A stretch of DNA of 64,000 bases from Alphaproteobacteria bacterium. Lineage in GTDB: Bacteria; Pseudomonadota; Alphaproteobacteria; CAAGCB01; CAG-977. The position numbers and the translations under genes are program-made. Position 1 is the stretch's first letter. Each line of letters opens with the position of its first letter. The DNA lies in contig CAAGCB010000029.1 of assembly GCA_900768185.1 (NCBI GenBank), forward strand, positions 204,856 through 268,855, given 5' to 3'. The notes below the pieces were generated by a model, which worked only from the letters and a program-made list of their open reading frames with translations, was not told where the DNA came from and ran no database searches. Shown one piece after another: positions 26,264 through 36,192 of the stretch.

Positions 26264-27229
26264 ATGGCTACGATTGACGAACAACTTTTTTCCGACATCT
26301 GGTACACGCCGGATCACACGCTTTACATTCACGACGGAGAAACCCGCTTCGGACTGAAAGTGCTGGAAGTCGACGACGCGGAGGATTTTCATCAGGCTTT
26401 GGAACGCGCCTATACGGGGCGATCCAGCTATTCCATGGCGTACGGATCGACCATGTACCGCGTTGAACGCGTGTCGACGCTGACGGGCGTGATGTATTCC
26501 GCGCGACGCATGCCGCGCAAAACCCCCGATGTCGTTCGTCTGGGATTGCCCGAAGCCGTCACCAACCACCTGATTTCCCTGAACCGCGAATCGGGGCTGA
26601 TTTTGTGGGCGGGTCCCACGGGCGCGGGCAAAACAACGTCCATTTCCTGTCTGATGCGCAAGTTTTTGGAACGCGAAGGCGGCTACGCCTACACGATTGA
26701 AGACCCCCCCGAAATGCCTTTGGACGGGATTTACCAATCCAAACGCGGCGGTTTGGGCATGTGCAAACAAACCGAACCCGACAACAACGATTGGGGCGAA
26801 TCCCTGAAATCGGCTTTGCGTTGCCGCCCCCGCTATATTCTGGTGGGCGAAATCCGCACGCCCGAATGCGCCAGTCAGATTTTGCGCGCGGCGACTTCCG
26901 GTCACTTGGTGTTGTCGACAATTCACGCCAACAGCGTTGAAGACGCGCTGAACTCGGTCATCAAGTACGCCACCAGCGCGGATTTGAGCGAAGAACTCGC
27001 CGCCGACCTGCTGGGGCGCGGAATTTTGGGCGTCATTCACCAAAAATTGCAGGGCATCAAAACGATGTTCCCCGAAATCCGATTCGTGTTTGCCAATCCG
27101 GATCCGTCCGTGGCGGATCAGTTGCGCATCAGCATTCGCGACCGTCAGATTTCGCTGGGTACCCTGATGGAATCCCAAGCCGCCCGTCTGTATCAGGGAA
27201 AGCCCTTGTTCCGCGAACCGGAAATTTGA
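26264..27229 (+). CDS. PilT/PilU-like secretion-superfamily ATPase, orphan
   Basis: Walker A GPTGAGKTT, Asp box TIEDPPE, Walker B ILVGEIR, His box GHLVLSTIHAN in the canonical PilT order. N-terminal about 100 aa divergent. Confidence 0.7.
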   Translation: MATIDEQLFSDIWYTPDHTLYIHDGETRFGLKVLEVDDAEDFHQALERAYTGRSSYSMAYGSTMYRVERVSTLTGVMYSARRMPRKTPDVVRLGLPEAVTNHLISLNRESGLILWAGPTGAGKTTSISCLMRKFLEREGGYAYTIEDPPEMPLDGIYQSKRGGLGMCKQTEPDNNDWGESLKSALRCRPRYILVGEIRTPECASQILRAATSGHLVLSTIHANSVEDALNSVIKYATSADLSEELAADLLGRGILGVIHQKLQGIKTMFPEIRFVFANPDPSVADQLRISIRDRQISLGTLMESQAARLYQGKPLFREPEI

Positions 27230-27423
27230 TTTTTCGCAAGATCCGTTTTTTAAAAGCCTTTGCCGCGCGCAAAGGCTTTTTTATTATTACGACAGATCCG
27301 ATATCGACGGACGGGAAAACGATAATCCGCCGAAACGCTTTCATCTGTTTTCGCGCCGGCGGATTTCGTTCCCTTCCCGCGCGCCGAAATTCTTTGCGCG
27401 CCGCGGCGTTGCCGTCGTCCGCC

Positions 27424-28812
27424 TTACATATCCATCGTCGTTCCGCGACCGCGCATCGAAAACGGGTGAGCGGAAGTCGACTGCAACGTCGGATTGTACA
27501 TCAGACTGTTCGGAATGCAATCGCATTCGGTCGCGATCTTAATGCCTTTCGCCAGCTTGTTTTCCTTGCGTAATTCGAACAGACGGCTGACGATGCGGTC
27601 GCGCAGCGTCCACGGATCGACCGTATTGACGAAAATTTTCGTCACCGCTTCGAAACCGGCGGGATTGCTGATGCGCCATTTAATCAGAATGTGCCACGGC
27701 ACGGCGACATCTACCGCGGGCGGACGATAATACCATTCTTCGTTGCACGGGATTTCGCTGCCCATCGCGGCGTGACAGGCGTGCACCAGATCGGACATGC
27801 CCTTGACCTGTTCGGGCGTCTGGTTCCACGGCTGATTTTTTTCGGCTTTGGAATAAATCGCCAGCGTCGGATAGCGATGCCCGAAATCGGCGAACGCGAC
27901 GGCGTAGTCGTTTTCGGCAAACACCAGATTCTGATATCCCGCGTAGTTCACGGCGTAATCGTTGTACATGTTGGGATTTTCGCGCGCCAGTTCGAATTCG
28001 GCGGCGTTGGACGCGCTGATACCGTCGATCGCGACCAGCTGTTTATGCAGATGGTCGAACGACGCGCCCGCCTGATTCAGCCAGTTTTGGAAAACCGTGA
28101 CATAGCGGACGTAACGGTTGTTCAGATAGATGTCCTTCAGCGCGCCGATTGTGAAATTGATGTATTGATAGTGCATTTCCGGCGTCAGAGTTCCCGACGA
28201 CGCGTTGACATCGTCGGTGCCTTCGACGAAATGGCGTTTTCCGACAATCAGTTCGTGACCGCCCGCGAAAAAGCTGTTCGCCATTTTCAGCTTGCGTCCC
28301 GATGAAATGCTGTCGATTTCCTCGCGCGACAATCCGCTCATTTTCAGTTTGGCTTCGATAATATCCAGAACATGCCTGCGCCCTTCGGGTTCGGCGATGT
28401 AAGCTTCGCGGTGGGCGTTGGCTTTGTCGGAAATGACATAAGCGTAGTTCTTTTCCCAATATTCGTAGGAAATGATTTCAAACAAATTCGGAATGCGGCG
28501 AAATTCCGCGGTCGTGTCGAACAACTGCGACACCTTTAAGTTTTCCAGAACACCGAATGTGCCGTCCGCGTTTTTAACCAGCCGCGATTTTTCGGGCGGC
28601 GTTTTCAAATAGTTGGACGGACAGAACGAACAAAAATCCTCGACCCCCGAATGCGAAACGGGCTTCGTTTCGTCCGCTTTTTTATTGACGGTGGGGCGTT
28701 TGCCGCGACCGGGGACGGTCCACACCTGCGTTCCGGTGAACGGGTTGACCTGCTTGACGGTGCCGTCGGGCATTTTTTGCAGGAAGTTTTGTTCGAACAC
28801 GCTGTTCAACAT
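27424..28812 (-). CDS. GalT-like HIT-superfamily nucleotidyltransferase (galactose-1-phosphate uridylyltransferase family, extended about 460 aa form)
   Basis: NPFTGTQVWTVPGRGKRP (compare GalT [20 protein letters not shown]), Zn-site CSFCPSN (compare CFLCAGN), active-site SFDHLHKQ (compare SNPHPHGQ). AGGAT RBS. Confidence 0.65.
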   Translation of the reverse strand: MLNSVFEQNFLQKMPDGTVKQVNPFTGTQVWTVPGRGKRPTVNKKADETKPVSHSGVEDFCSFCPSNYLKTPPEKSRLVKNADGTFGVLENLKVSQLFDTTAEFRRIPNLFEIISYEYWEKNYAYVISDKANAHREAYIAEPEGRRHVLDIIEAKLKMSGLSREEIDSISSGRKLKMANSFFAGGHELIVGKRHFVEGTDDVNASSGTLTPEMHYQYINFTIGALKDIYLNNRYVRYVTVFQNWLNQAGASFDHLHKQLVAIDGISASNAAEFELARENPNMYNDYAVNYAGYQNLVFAENDYAVAFADFGHRYPTLAIYSKAEKNQPWNQTPEQVKGMSDLVHACHAAMGSEIPCNEEWYYRPPAVDVAVPWHILIKWRISNPAGFEAVTKIFVNTVDPWTLRDRIVSRLFELRKENKLAKGIKIATECDCIPNSLMYNPTLQSTSAHPFSMRGRGTTMDM

Positions 28813-28991
28813 GGCAAATCCTTTGACAAAATGATAAAGACGTCTTTTGTCCTATTGTTTTATAAAAAATCGGCGGGAAAATCCAGCCTTTAATCAAAAA
28901 AAATCCCCGACAACCGTCGATAAATGATTGACGAAAGCCGCGTAAAAGGTAATTCTTAATACAGAAATTTTTTTCGGAGGTTTTTATCGAT

Positions 28992-30218
28992 ATGAAAGTT
29001 ATGTTTGTCACGAACGAATACCCCCCGTACATTTACGGCGGCGCGGGCGTTCACGTCGAATATCTGTCCAAGGAATTGGCAAAATTGATGGAAGTCGAAG
29101 TCCGCAGCTTCCACGATCAGCAGTCGCGGGACGGCAATCTGGTCGTCAACGGCAAAACGCCCGACGCGTCTTTGTTCAAAGACTGCCCCAAAGAATTGAC
29201 GTCGCCGTTAAAAGCTTTGTACGAGGGATTGGTTTTCTCCGGCGAAAACATAACCGCCGACATCGCGCACTGTCACACTTGGTACGCGCATTTCGCCGGC
29301 ATTCTGGCAAAAATGCTGTACGGGATTCCTCTGGTCGTCACGGTGCATTCGCTGGAACCCCTGCGCCCGTGGAAACGCGAACAGCTGGGACGCGGCTACG
29401 ACGTGTCCAGCTGGGTTGAAAAGACCGCGCTGGAAATGGCTGACGCCGTCATCGCCGTTTCCACCAGCACCAAACAAGACGTCTTGCGCCTGTTCCCGAA
29501 AATCGATCCCGACAAAGTGTCGATCATTTACAACGGTATCGATGTCAATCAATATAAAGAAATCGAAAACACCGCCGTTTTGCAGAAATTCGGCATTCGC
29601 ACGGACAAACCCTACGTCCTGTTCGTCGGTCGCATGACGCGTCAGAAAGGATTGCTGTATCTGTTGAAAGCCGCCGCGAAGCTTGATCCCGACGCGCAGT
29701 TGGTGCTGTGCGCGGGCGACGCCGACACGCCCGAAATGAAAGCGGAACTGGAAGGCATGGTCAACGCGCTGAAACAGGTGCGTTCCGGCGTCGTCTGGAT
29801 TCCCGAAATGGTTTCGCGCGACGAGGCGATCGCCCTTTATTCGCAGGCCGCCGTTTTCTGTTGCCCGTCGATTTACGAACCGTTCGGCATCATCAATCTG
29901 GAAGCCATGGCGTGCGGAACGCCCGTCGTCGCCAGCGCCGTCGGCGGCATTTGCGAAGTCGTCGTCGACGGTGAAACGGGATATCTGGTCGACCCCGACC
30001 TGTCGGATCAATTCCCGCACGATCCGAAGGACGGCGACGCTTTCGGCGCACGTTTGGCGGAAAAGATCAATCTGCTGATTCGCGATCCCGCTTTGGCGAA
30101 AAAGATGGGACAGGCGGGACGCCTGCGCGTTGAAAAACATTTCAGCTGGCAGAGCATCGCTTTGCAGACCAAAGAGTTGTACGCCAAACTGATTGAAGCG
30201 AACAAAGCCGGAAAGTAA
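28992..30218 (+). CDS. GT4 glycosyltransferase, Corynebacterium/GlgM-type glycogen synthase-like (alpha-glucan, ADP/UDP-glucose-dependent)
   Basis: N-terminus MKVMFVTNEYPPYIYGGAGVHVEYLSKELAK is the hallmark E-YPP-x-YGGAGVHV of this family. C-terminal GT-B E-x7-E region. GGAGG RBS. Confidence 0.75.
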   Translation: MKVMFVTNEYPPYIYGGAGVHVEYLSKELAKLMEVEVRSFHDQQSRDGNLVVNGKTPDASLFKDCPKELTSPLKALYEGLVFSGENITADIAHCHTWYAHFAGILAKMLYGIPLVVTVHSLEPLRPWKREQLGRGYDVSSWVEKTALEMADAVIAVSTSTKQDVLRLFPKIDPDKVSIIYNGIDVNQYKEIENTAVLQKFGIRTDKPYVLFVGRMTRQKGLLYLLKAAAKLDPDAQLVLCAGDADTPEMKAELEGMVNALKQVRSGVVWIPEMVSRDEAIALYSQAAVFCCPSIYEPFGIINLEAMACGTPVVASAVGGICEVVVDGETGYLVDPDLSDQFPHDPKDGDAFGARLAEKINLLIRDPALAKKMGQAGRLRVEKHFSWQSIALQTKELYAKLIEANKAGK

Positions 30219-30344
30219 AAATAAAAAATATCGAAAACAGCCCTGCGGGGCTGTTTTTTTTATGCGTCTTTCATTTTTCATCTTGACTTAAAGCTAACTT
30301 TAAAGCGTAGGCTTTTTTCCGTAATCCGAAATAAAAGGAGCCTT

Positions 30345-31430
30345 TTGATGAAAAAACTTTTCGTATCGTTTGTTTGTTCGGCGCTGATGGCAGCGCCGTG
30401 TTTCGCAAAGGAGTCGACAATGAATGAAAAATCGTCCCTGACGGCAGAGGAAAAAGCCGTCGTTTCCGTGGCGGCGACCGCCGCGCGCGGCAATTACGGC
30501 GCGTTGGAAACCGCGCTGAACGACGGGCTGAACGCCGGCGTCCCCGTCAACACGTTCAAAGAAATTCTGGTGCAGCTGTACGCTTACAGCGGCTTTCCCG
30601 CATCGTTAAACGCTTTGGAAACACTGCGATCGGTCGTGACAAAGCGCGGCGGCAAAGACGAAACGGGGGCGGAACCGTCGCCGTTGCCCGCGGGAAAAAG
30701 CGTTGATTTCGGCACGGAAAACCAGACAAAGCTGATCGGACGCGCGGTCAAAGGCGGGGTGTTCGATTTTGCCCCCGCGATCGACGAATATTTGAAAGCG
30801 CATCTGTTCGGCGACATCTTCGCCCGTGACAACGTCGACTGGAAAACACGCGAAATCGCCACGATCGCGATGCTGGCGCAATTACCGCACGCCGCGCCGC
30901 AACTGAAAAGCCATATCGCCATTGGCAAACACAACGGTTTGACCGATCCGCAAGTGAACGAAATTCTGAAAATCGCCGCCGTTCGCGACGAAGCCGACTT
31001 TGAAAAACAAAACACGTTCGGCAAAGGGACTTTGAACACCGCTTACGCCCGATATTTCATCGGCGCGTCCTATTTGAACCCGCTAACGGATCCTCAAAAA
31101 ACCGCGTTGCGTGTTTCAAACGTAACGTTTGAACCGAAAACGCGCAACAACTGGCACATTCACCGCGCGACCGCGGGCGGCGGACAGATTTTAATCTGCA
31201 CGACCGGCGAAGGCTGGTATCAGGAAGACGGCAAACCCGCGGTATCATTAAAACCGGGAATGGTCATCACGATTCCCGCCAACGTCAAACACTGGCACGG
31301 GGCAAAAGCGGATTCGTGGTTTTCACATATCGCAATCGAAGTGCCGGGGGAAAATCTATCCAACGAATGGCTGAACCCCGTTTCCGACGAAGAATATTTC
31401 CAACTGCATGAAAACGGCATTTCAAATTAA
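30345..31430 (+). CDS. Secreted carboxymuconolactone-decarboxylase-like (AhpD/CMD) domain fused to a C-terminal cupin domain
   Basis: Signal peptide MMKKLFVSFVCSALMAAPCFA. CMD-like helical region. Cupin signature G..W.IH...GGGQIL...G.G....G.....KPGMVITIPANVKHWHGA. Confidence 0.6.
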   Translation: MMKKLFVSFVCSALMAAPCFAKESTMNEKSSLTAEEKAVVSVAATAARGNYGALETALNDGLNAGVPVNTFKEILVQLYAYSGFPASLNALETLRSVVTKRGGKDETGAEPSPLPAGKSVDFGTENQTKLIGRAVKGGVFDFAPAIDEYLKAHLFGDIFARDNVDWKTREIATIAMLAQLPHAAPQLKSHIAIGKHNGLTDPQVNEILKIAAVRDEADFEKQNTFGKGTLNTAYARYFIGASYLNPLTDPQKTALRVSNVTFEPKTRNNWHIHRATAGGGQILICTTGEGWYQEDGKPAVSLKPGMVITIPANVKHWHGAKADSWFSHIAIEVPGENLSNEWLNPVSDEEYFQLHENGISN

Positions 31431-31489
31431 CAAAATACGGCGGGGAAATTCACACCCCGCCGTTTATTCGTCAACCGTCAAAAAACGGT

Positions 31490-31840
31490 TCAGACAACCG
31501 TGCCGTTGCCCGTTTTGTAACAGCCGAAAACCAGCAAAATTAAATCGTAGATGACGCCGAAACCCAGCACTCCGCCCGTCAACAGGTAAAACAGTCCGAT
31601 AAACGGCGAATTGGTGTAAAAGCGGTGTATGCCGAACAGTCCCAAAAAAATGCACAGCAAAATCGTGACAAAACGCGATTTTTTACCCGAGTCGATATCA
31701 ACGACCTTTACCCGCACGATCTCGCCGTCGGCAGGGGCGGGTTCGTTCAGCAGCTTTTCTTTCGCCGCGGCGAACTCCTCCTCGGACAGAACGCCCTTTT
31801 CCTTTAATTCCGCCAGTTTTTGCAGTTTTTCAATATCCAT
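31490..31840 (-). CDS. SHOCT-domain plus TM2-domain small membrane protein
   Basis: LAELKEKGVLSEEEFAAAKEKLL (SHOCT), then two TM helices with ...GIHRFY... (TM2 domain). Confidence 0.6.
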   Translation of the reverse strand: MDIEKLQKLAELKEKGVLSEEEFAAAKEKLLNEPAPADGEIVRVKVVDIDSGKKSRFVTILLCIFLGLFGIHRFYTNSPFIGLFYLLTGGVLGFGVIYDLILLVFGCYKTGNGTVV

Positions 31841-31851
31841 TTTTTTCTTCC

Positions 31852-34800
31852 TTACGCCTTGACGATTTGGTCTTCGGCGATTTTTTGCGCTGTCAGATAG
31901 TCAAATTTTCCCGACCCCAAAACGGGCGGTTCTTTGACGTAAATAAACGCAGACGGCGACCCCAGTTCGTTGAACCCCTGCGATTTGATATACGCGCGGA
32001 CTTCGGACAGATCGACATCGGGTTTCGTCGTAATCAACACCAGCCGTTCTCCTTTTTTCTCGTCGGGAACGGAAACGATGCCCTGCACCGCGTCGGGATA
32101 CAGTTTTGACAAGACCTGCTCCACCGCCGTCAGCGAAATCATTTCGCCGCCGATTTTGGCGAAGCGTTTCGCGCGCCCCTTGATAAAGATAAAGCCGTCC
32201 TTGTCGATGTCAACGATGTCGCCCGTATCGTGCCAACCGTCTTTCGGCGGCACCAGCACGTCCGGATTATCGGCGAACATATAGCCCTGCATCACGTTGT
32301 CGCCCGACACCAGCAGACGCTTGCCGTCTTTGATTCCGGGGACGTCTTCCAATCGCGCCGCCATTTTCGGGAACAGACGCCCGACGGATCCTTCGCGAAT
32401 GTACATCGGCGTGTTGATTGAAATGACGGGGCTGGTTTCGGTCGCGCCGTACCCCTCTAAAATACGGATTCCGAACTTGCGCATCCACAATTCAGCCGTG
32501 CTGGTTTTCAGCTTTTCCGCCCCGACGATCGCATAGCGCAAGGCAAAGAAATCGTACGGGTGCGCCATCGCGCCATAGCCCGCAAAAAACGTGTCCGTTC
32601 CGCACAGAACCGTCGCGTTGACCTCGTACACCAATTCGGGAACGATGCGGTAATGCAGAGGCGACGGATAAAAGAACGTGCGCACGCCCGTCAAAATCAT
32701 CAGCAACGTGCCGACCCCCAGCCCGAACGCGTGGAACATCGGCAAAGCGTTGAACGACACATCGGCGGAAGTCAGAGCGATGACGCTCAGCGCCTGATAG
32801 CGGTTGGCTTGGAAATTCCGGTGGGACAGCAGGACGGCTTTGGGCATGCCCTCGGATCCCGACGTGAACATGATCGCGGCGGTGTGGTCGGCGCCGTTTT
32901 TCGGCTTGCGCGACCGGACGCAGTCAATCACGCCCTTAAGCTTGTCGGCGGTCTGAATGTCCGCGCCCAAATCTTCCAGAAAAACGACGTTGATCCCGTT
33001 TTCGCGCAAGGCGGATTCCAGTTTTTCCAAATGCGCGTTTTCAATGAATTTTTTGGACGTCAGAACGGTTTTCAACCGCACCGTTTTGACACAGGACACC
33101 ACCTGCGCCACGCCGGTTGAAAAATTCAGCATCGCGGGAACTTTATCAACGCTTTGCAATGCGAAAAACGTCACGACGTTCGCCAACACGTTCGGCATCA
33201 AAACGCCGATCCGTTCCTCGTCGGGGAAACGCCGTTCCATGACGCGCCCCAGAACGTAGCTTTTTAAAATCAGCGTTTTGTATTTCATCGGCTTGCGGCT
33301 GACATCTTCGGCGATAATATGGTTTTTACCGTTGATTTTCGCCGCGTTCAGCAGGGAAACAAACAGGTTTTCATTGATTTTCGACGATTCGTACAGCATT
33401 TCGACCATCATGTCGTACAGCTGATTCGACACTTCGTGCGACCGCTGGCGTCCCGTCCACGACGGATCGATATCGAATTTTTTAGGCGGCAGAATATTCA
33501 TCGAAATCTTGGGGAAATACTGCGTGCGGACTTTGTTTTTCAGCAGCGACAGCTTGGAATACTGCGCCCCGTTGATACGGATCGGCAAAATATTCGCGTT
33601 TGCCTTTTCCGCGACCAGTCCCGCGCCTTCGTAAATTTTCATCAGCGCGCCCGTCACGCTGACGCGACGTTCGGGAAAGATCATGACCTTTTTGTTTTTC
33701 TTGATCAAGTCGACCAAAGCGCGCAAAGACAGCGGATTATTCAAATCCAGCGGATAAACGTCGACCATCAATCCGAAAAACCGCGCAAACCACTTGTTTT
33801 CCCATTCGGGTTTGATGACGAACGTGATTTTTTCCGGCATAAAAGCCGCGATCAACAGTCCGTCCAACAAAGACGCGTGATTGGCGATAATCAAAACGCG
33901 TTTGCCAGCCGCCTGAAAATTAGGCAGCCCCTTGACCGTGACGCGGTAGAAAAACTCCAGAACGGTTTGCGCGATCGAACGCACCAAAGCCGCGGGCAAA
34001 ATCGAACAGTTGTAGACCGACACGAACAGGCAAGCGACGCCCGCGAACAAAAACAAAGCCGCCGTGCCGAACCCCATCGCCCCCAGCGTGATGAAGACCA
34101 GCGCCGCCACGGCGATGCCGACCGCGTTAATCAGGTTGTTCGCGGCGAACACGGTCGCGCGATTGGCGGCGGAAGCCCTGAACCGGATCAACGCGGTCAG
34201 GGGAACGACGTACATGCCGCTGAAAAACGCCAGCGCGAACCAGAACAGCGTGAACAGAACGGCGCGCAGACGCAGGATAAAATCGAAAAACCCGACGGGT
34301 TCGGTCGGCGTCGCGTATCCGACGGTCAGAAAATACAGCATTGCGAAACAAACCGCCATGCCGATGGTGCTGATGGGAACAAACGTCGTGTGCGCCACGC
34401 CTTTCAACAGTTTGTGACAGTACGCCGCCCCCGCCCCGACGCCCGCCGCATACGTCGCCAGCAGAAAAGCGGTCGTGAAATCGTCGGCGTTGAAGACTTT
34501 TCCCGTCATGGGATAAATTTGCATCATCACCAGCAAACCGATCGACCAGAACCACGTCGCCCCCAGAATACTGCGGAAAATCAGCGGATACTTGCGTACT
34601 GTGCGCAAAGTTTTCCAGATGCCTTTCAGCATGTCGCGCGGCGTGTTGCGGGGGGCGTTTTTCTTTTCTCCGCCGTCATTTTCGACCGCGCGCGTCGCCA
34701 GAAAACCGATTAAAGCAAACGCGATCAAAACGCCCGCCGCCAACCGCACGGGCAACAGGGTGCCGATCATCAACGCCAAACCGATGCTGAAATACGTCGT

Positions 34801-35256
34801 CTTTTCAATATAGGCGTCGCCCGCGCTCAGATCGCTGTCCTCCAGCTGTTCGGGCTGGAAAGCGTAGCGCATGGGACCGAAAAACGCGGACAATGTTCCG
34901 AAAGCGAACGGCAACAGAATCAGCAGTCCGATGTTCTTTGTCAGCAAAACGCCGCCCGCCAGCAGCATCATCGCCAAATCCGTCAGCTTCAGCGAACGCG
35001 TGACTTTGACGCGGTTGTATTTTTTCGCCAACTGCCCCGCGCGCGCGGAAAACAGGAAAAACGGCAAAATCAGCAATCCCGCGACGATATTCGACGGATC
35101 GTCCGTCTGCTGGGTGATGCGCACGGCGATCAACGTCAGCAACGTCGTTTTGAACAGATTGTCGTTCAAAGACTTGAACAGACGGGGCAAAACCGTTTTG
35201 ATTTTCGGCAAAGACATGAAAAAACTCCTAAATCCTAAAAGGGACGTTTCGGACAA
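31852..35256 (-). CDS. aas: Fused lysophospholipid transporter LplT (MFS) / 2-acyl-GPE acyltransferase / acyl-ACP synthetase Aas
   Basis: 1134 aa. N-terminal 12-TM MFS region, central PlsC-type acyltransferase (IIANHASLLDGLL = HX4D-like), C-terminal AMP-binding (MFTSGSEGMPKAVLLSH, ...YGATETSP..., GWHDTGD). Confidence 0.8.
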   Translation of the reverse strand: MSETSLLGFRSFFMSLPKIKTVLPRLFKSLNDNLFKTTLLTLIAVRITQQTDDPSNIVAGLLILPFFLFSARAGQLAKKYNRVKVTRSLKLTDLAMMLLAGGVLLTKNIGLLILLPFAFGTLSAFFGPMRYAFQPEQLEDSDLSAGDAYIEKTTYFSIGLALMIGTLLPVRLAAGVLIAFALIGFLATRAVENDGGEKKNAPRNTPRDMLKGIWKTLRTVRKYPLIFRSILGATWFWSIGLLVMMQIYPMTGKVFNADDFTTAFLLATYAAGVGAGAAYCHKLLKGVAHTTFVPISTIGMAVCFAMLYFLTVGYATPTEPVGFFDFILRLRAVLFTLFWFALAFFSGMYVVPLTALIRFRASAANRATVFAANNLINAVGIAVAALVFITLGAMGFGTAALFLFAGVACLFVSVYNCSILPAALVRSIAQTVLEFFYRVTVKGLPNFQAAGKRVLIIANHASLLDGLLIAAFMPEKITFVIKPEWENKWFARFFGLMVDVYPLDLNNPLSLRALVDLIKKNKKVMIFPERRVSVTGALMKIYEGAGLVAEKANANILPIRINGAQYSKLSLLKNKVRTQYFPKISMNILPPKKFDIDPSWTGRQRSHEVSNQLYDMMVEMLYESSKINENLFVSLLNAAKINGKNHIIAEDVSRKPMKYKTLILKSYVLGRVMERRFPDEERIGVLMPNVLANVVTFFALQSVDKVPAMLNFSTGVAQVVSCVKTVRLKTVLTSKKFIENAHLEKLESALRENGINVVFLEDLGADIQTADKLKGVIDCVRSRKPKNGADHTAAIMFTSGSEGMPKAVLLSHRNFQANRYQALSVIALTSADVSFNALPMFHAFGLGVGTLLMILTGVRTFFYPSPLHYRIVPELVYEVNATVLCGTDTFFAGYGAMAHPYDFFALRYAIVGAEKLKTSTAELWMRKFGIRILEGYGATETSPVISINTPMYIREGSVGRLFPKMAARLEDVPGIKDGKRLLVSGDNVMQGYMFADNPDVLVPPKDGWHDTGDIVDIDKDGFIFIKGRAKRFAKIGGEMISLTAVEQVLSKLYPDAVQGIVSVPDEKKGERLVLITTKPDVDLSEVRAYIKSQGFNELGSPSAFIYVKEPPVLGSGKFDYLTAQKIAEDQIVKA

Positions 35257-35322
35257 TGTAGCGATTTCGGACGGCGGCGTCTATAAAAAAGCTCCCCGTC
35301 AGTAAAAGCGGGGAGTTTTCGG

Positions 35323-36009
35323 CTATTCTTCCTTTTTGGGTTCGCGCAGAACGTACCCGCGCCCCCACACGGTTTCGATATAATTTTCGCCGCCCGTGGC
35401 TTCGGCGATTTTTTTGCGCAGTTTGCAAATGAACACGTCAATGATTTTCAGTTCGGGTTCATCCATGCCGTTGTACAGATGGTTCAGGAACTGCTCTTTG
35501 CTCAGCGTCGTCCCCTTTGACAGCGACAGGCGTTCCAGAATGCCGTATTCGCGTCCGGTCAGATGCAGGGGCTTGCCGTTGACCAATGCCGTGCGCGTAT
35601 CCAGATTGACCTCGATCGCGCCCGTGCGGATCACGGATTCCGAATGCCCGCGCGACCGGCGCACCAGCGCGCGGATACGGGCGACCAATTCGGCTTTGTC
35701 GAACGGCTTTGTCAGATAATCGTCCGCCCCCGTCGACAACCCCTTGACCTTTTTATCGGCGCCGGACAATCCCGACAGAATCAAAACGGGGGTCGTGATT
35801 TTCGACGCCCGCAAACGCTTCAAGACCTCGTACCCGTCCATATCGGGCAGAACCAAGTCCAAAATAATGATGTCGTAATCGTACAGCCTGCCGATTTCCA
35901 AACCTTCCTCGCCCAGAACGGTCGGATCGACGACCATTCCCTCTTTGTGCAGGACGGCTTCGATCGTTTGGGACATCGCCTTATCATCTTCGACCAACAA
36001 AACGCGCAT
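35323..36009 (-). CDS. ctrA: Cell-cycle response regulator CtrA (OmpR family)
   Basis: [20 protein letters not shown]...[21 protein letters not shown]...[20 protein letters not shown]...[15 protein letters not shown]...[14 protein letters not shown] is near-collinear with Caulobacter CtrA. Start at the internal M of the ORF-track ORF. Confidence 0.9.
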   Translation of the reverse strand: MRVLLVEDDKAMSQTIEAVLHKEGMVVDPTVLGEEGLEIGRLYDYDIIILDLVLPDMDGYEVLKRLRASKITTPVLILSGLSGADKKVKGLSTGADDYLTKPFDKAELVARIRALVRRSRGHSESVIRTGAIEVNLDTRTALVNGKPLHLTGREYGILERLSLSKGTTLSKEQFLNHLYNGMDEPELKIIDVFICKLRKKIAEATGGENYIETVWGRGYVLREPKKEE

Positions 36010-36192
36010 CGGATATTCCTTTTTCAGGCAAATTGGTAATAACTTATTAACTTTATGTTTTATGAATCCCAGATGCAAGCCCCTATTTTCTCAAAAACGA
36101 TTTTTTTCCTCTTTCGTCATTTTTTGGTGGATAAAAGGCGACAAAATACCGATAACAGGCTATATTGTTTAAAAAGACTGACGGGAAGCCCT

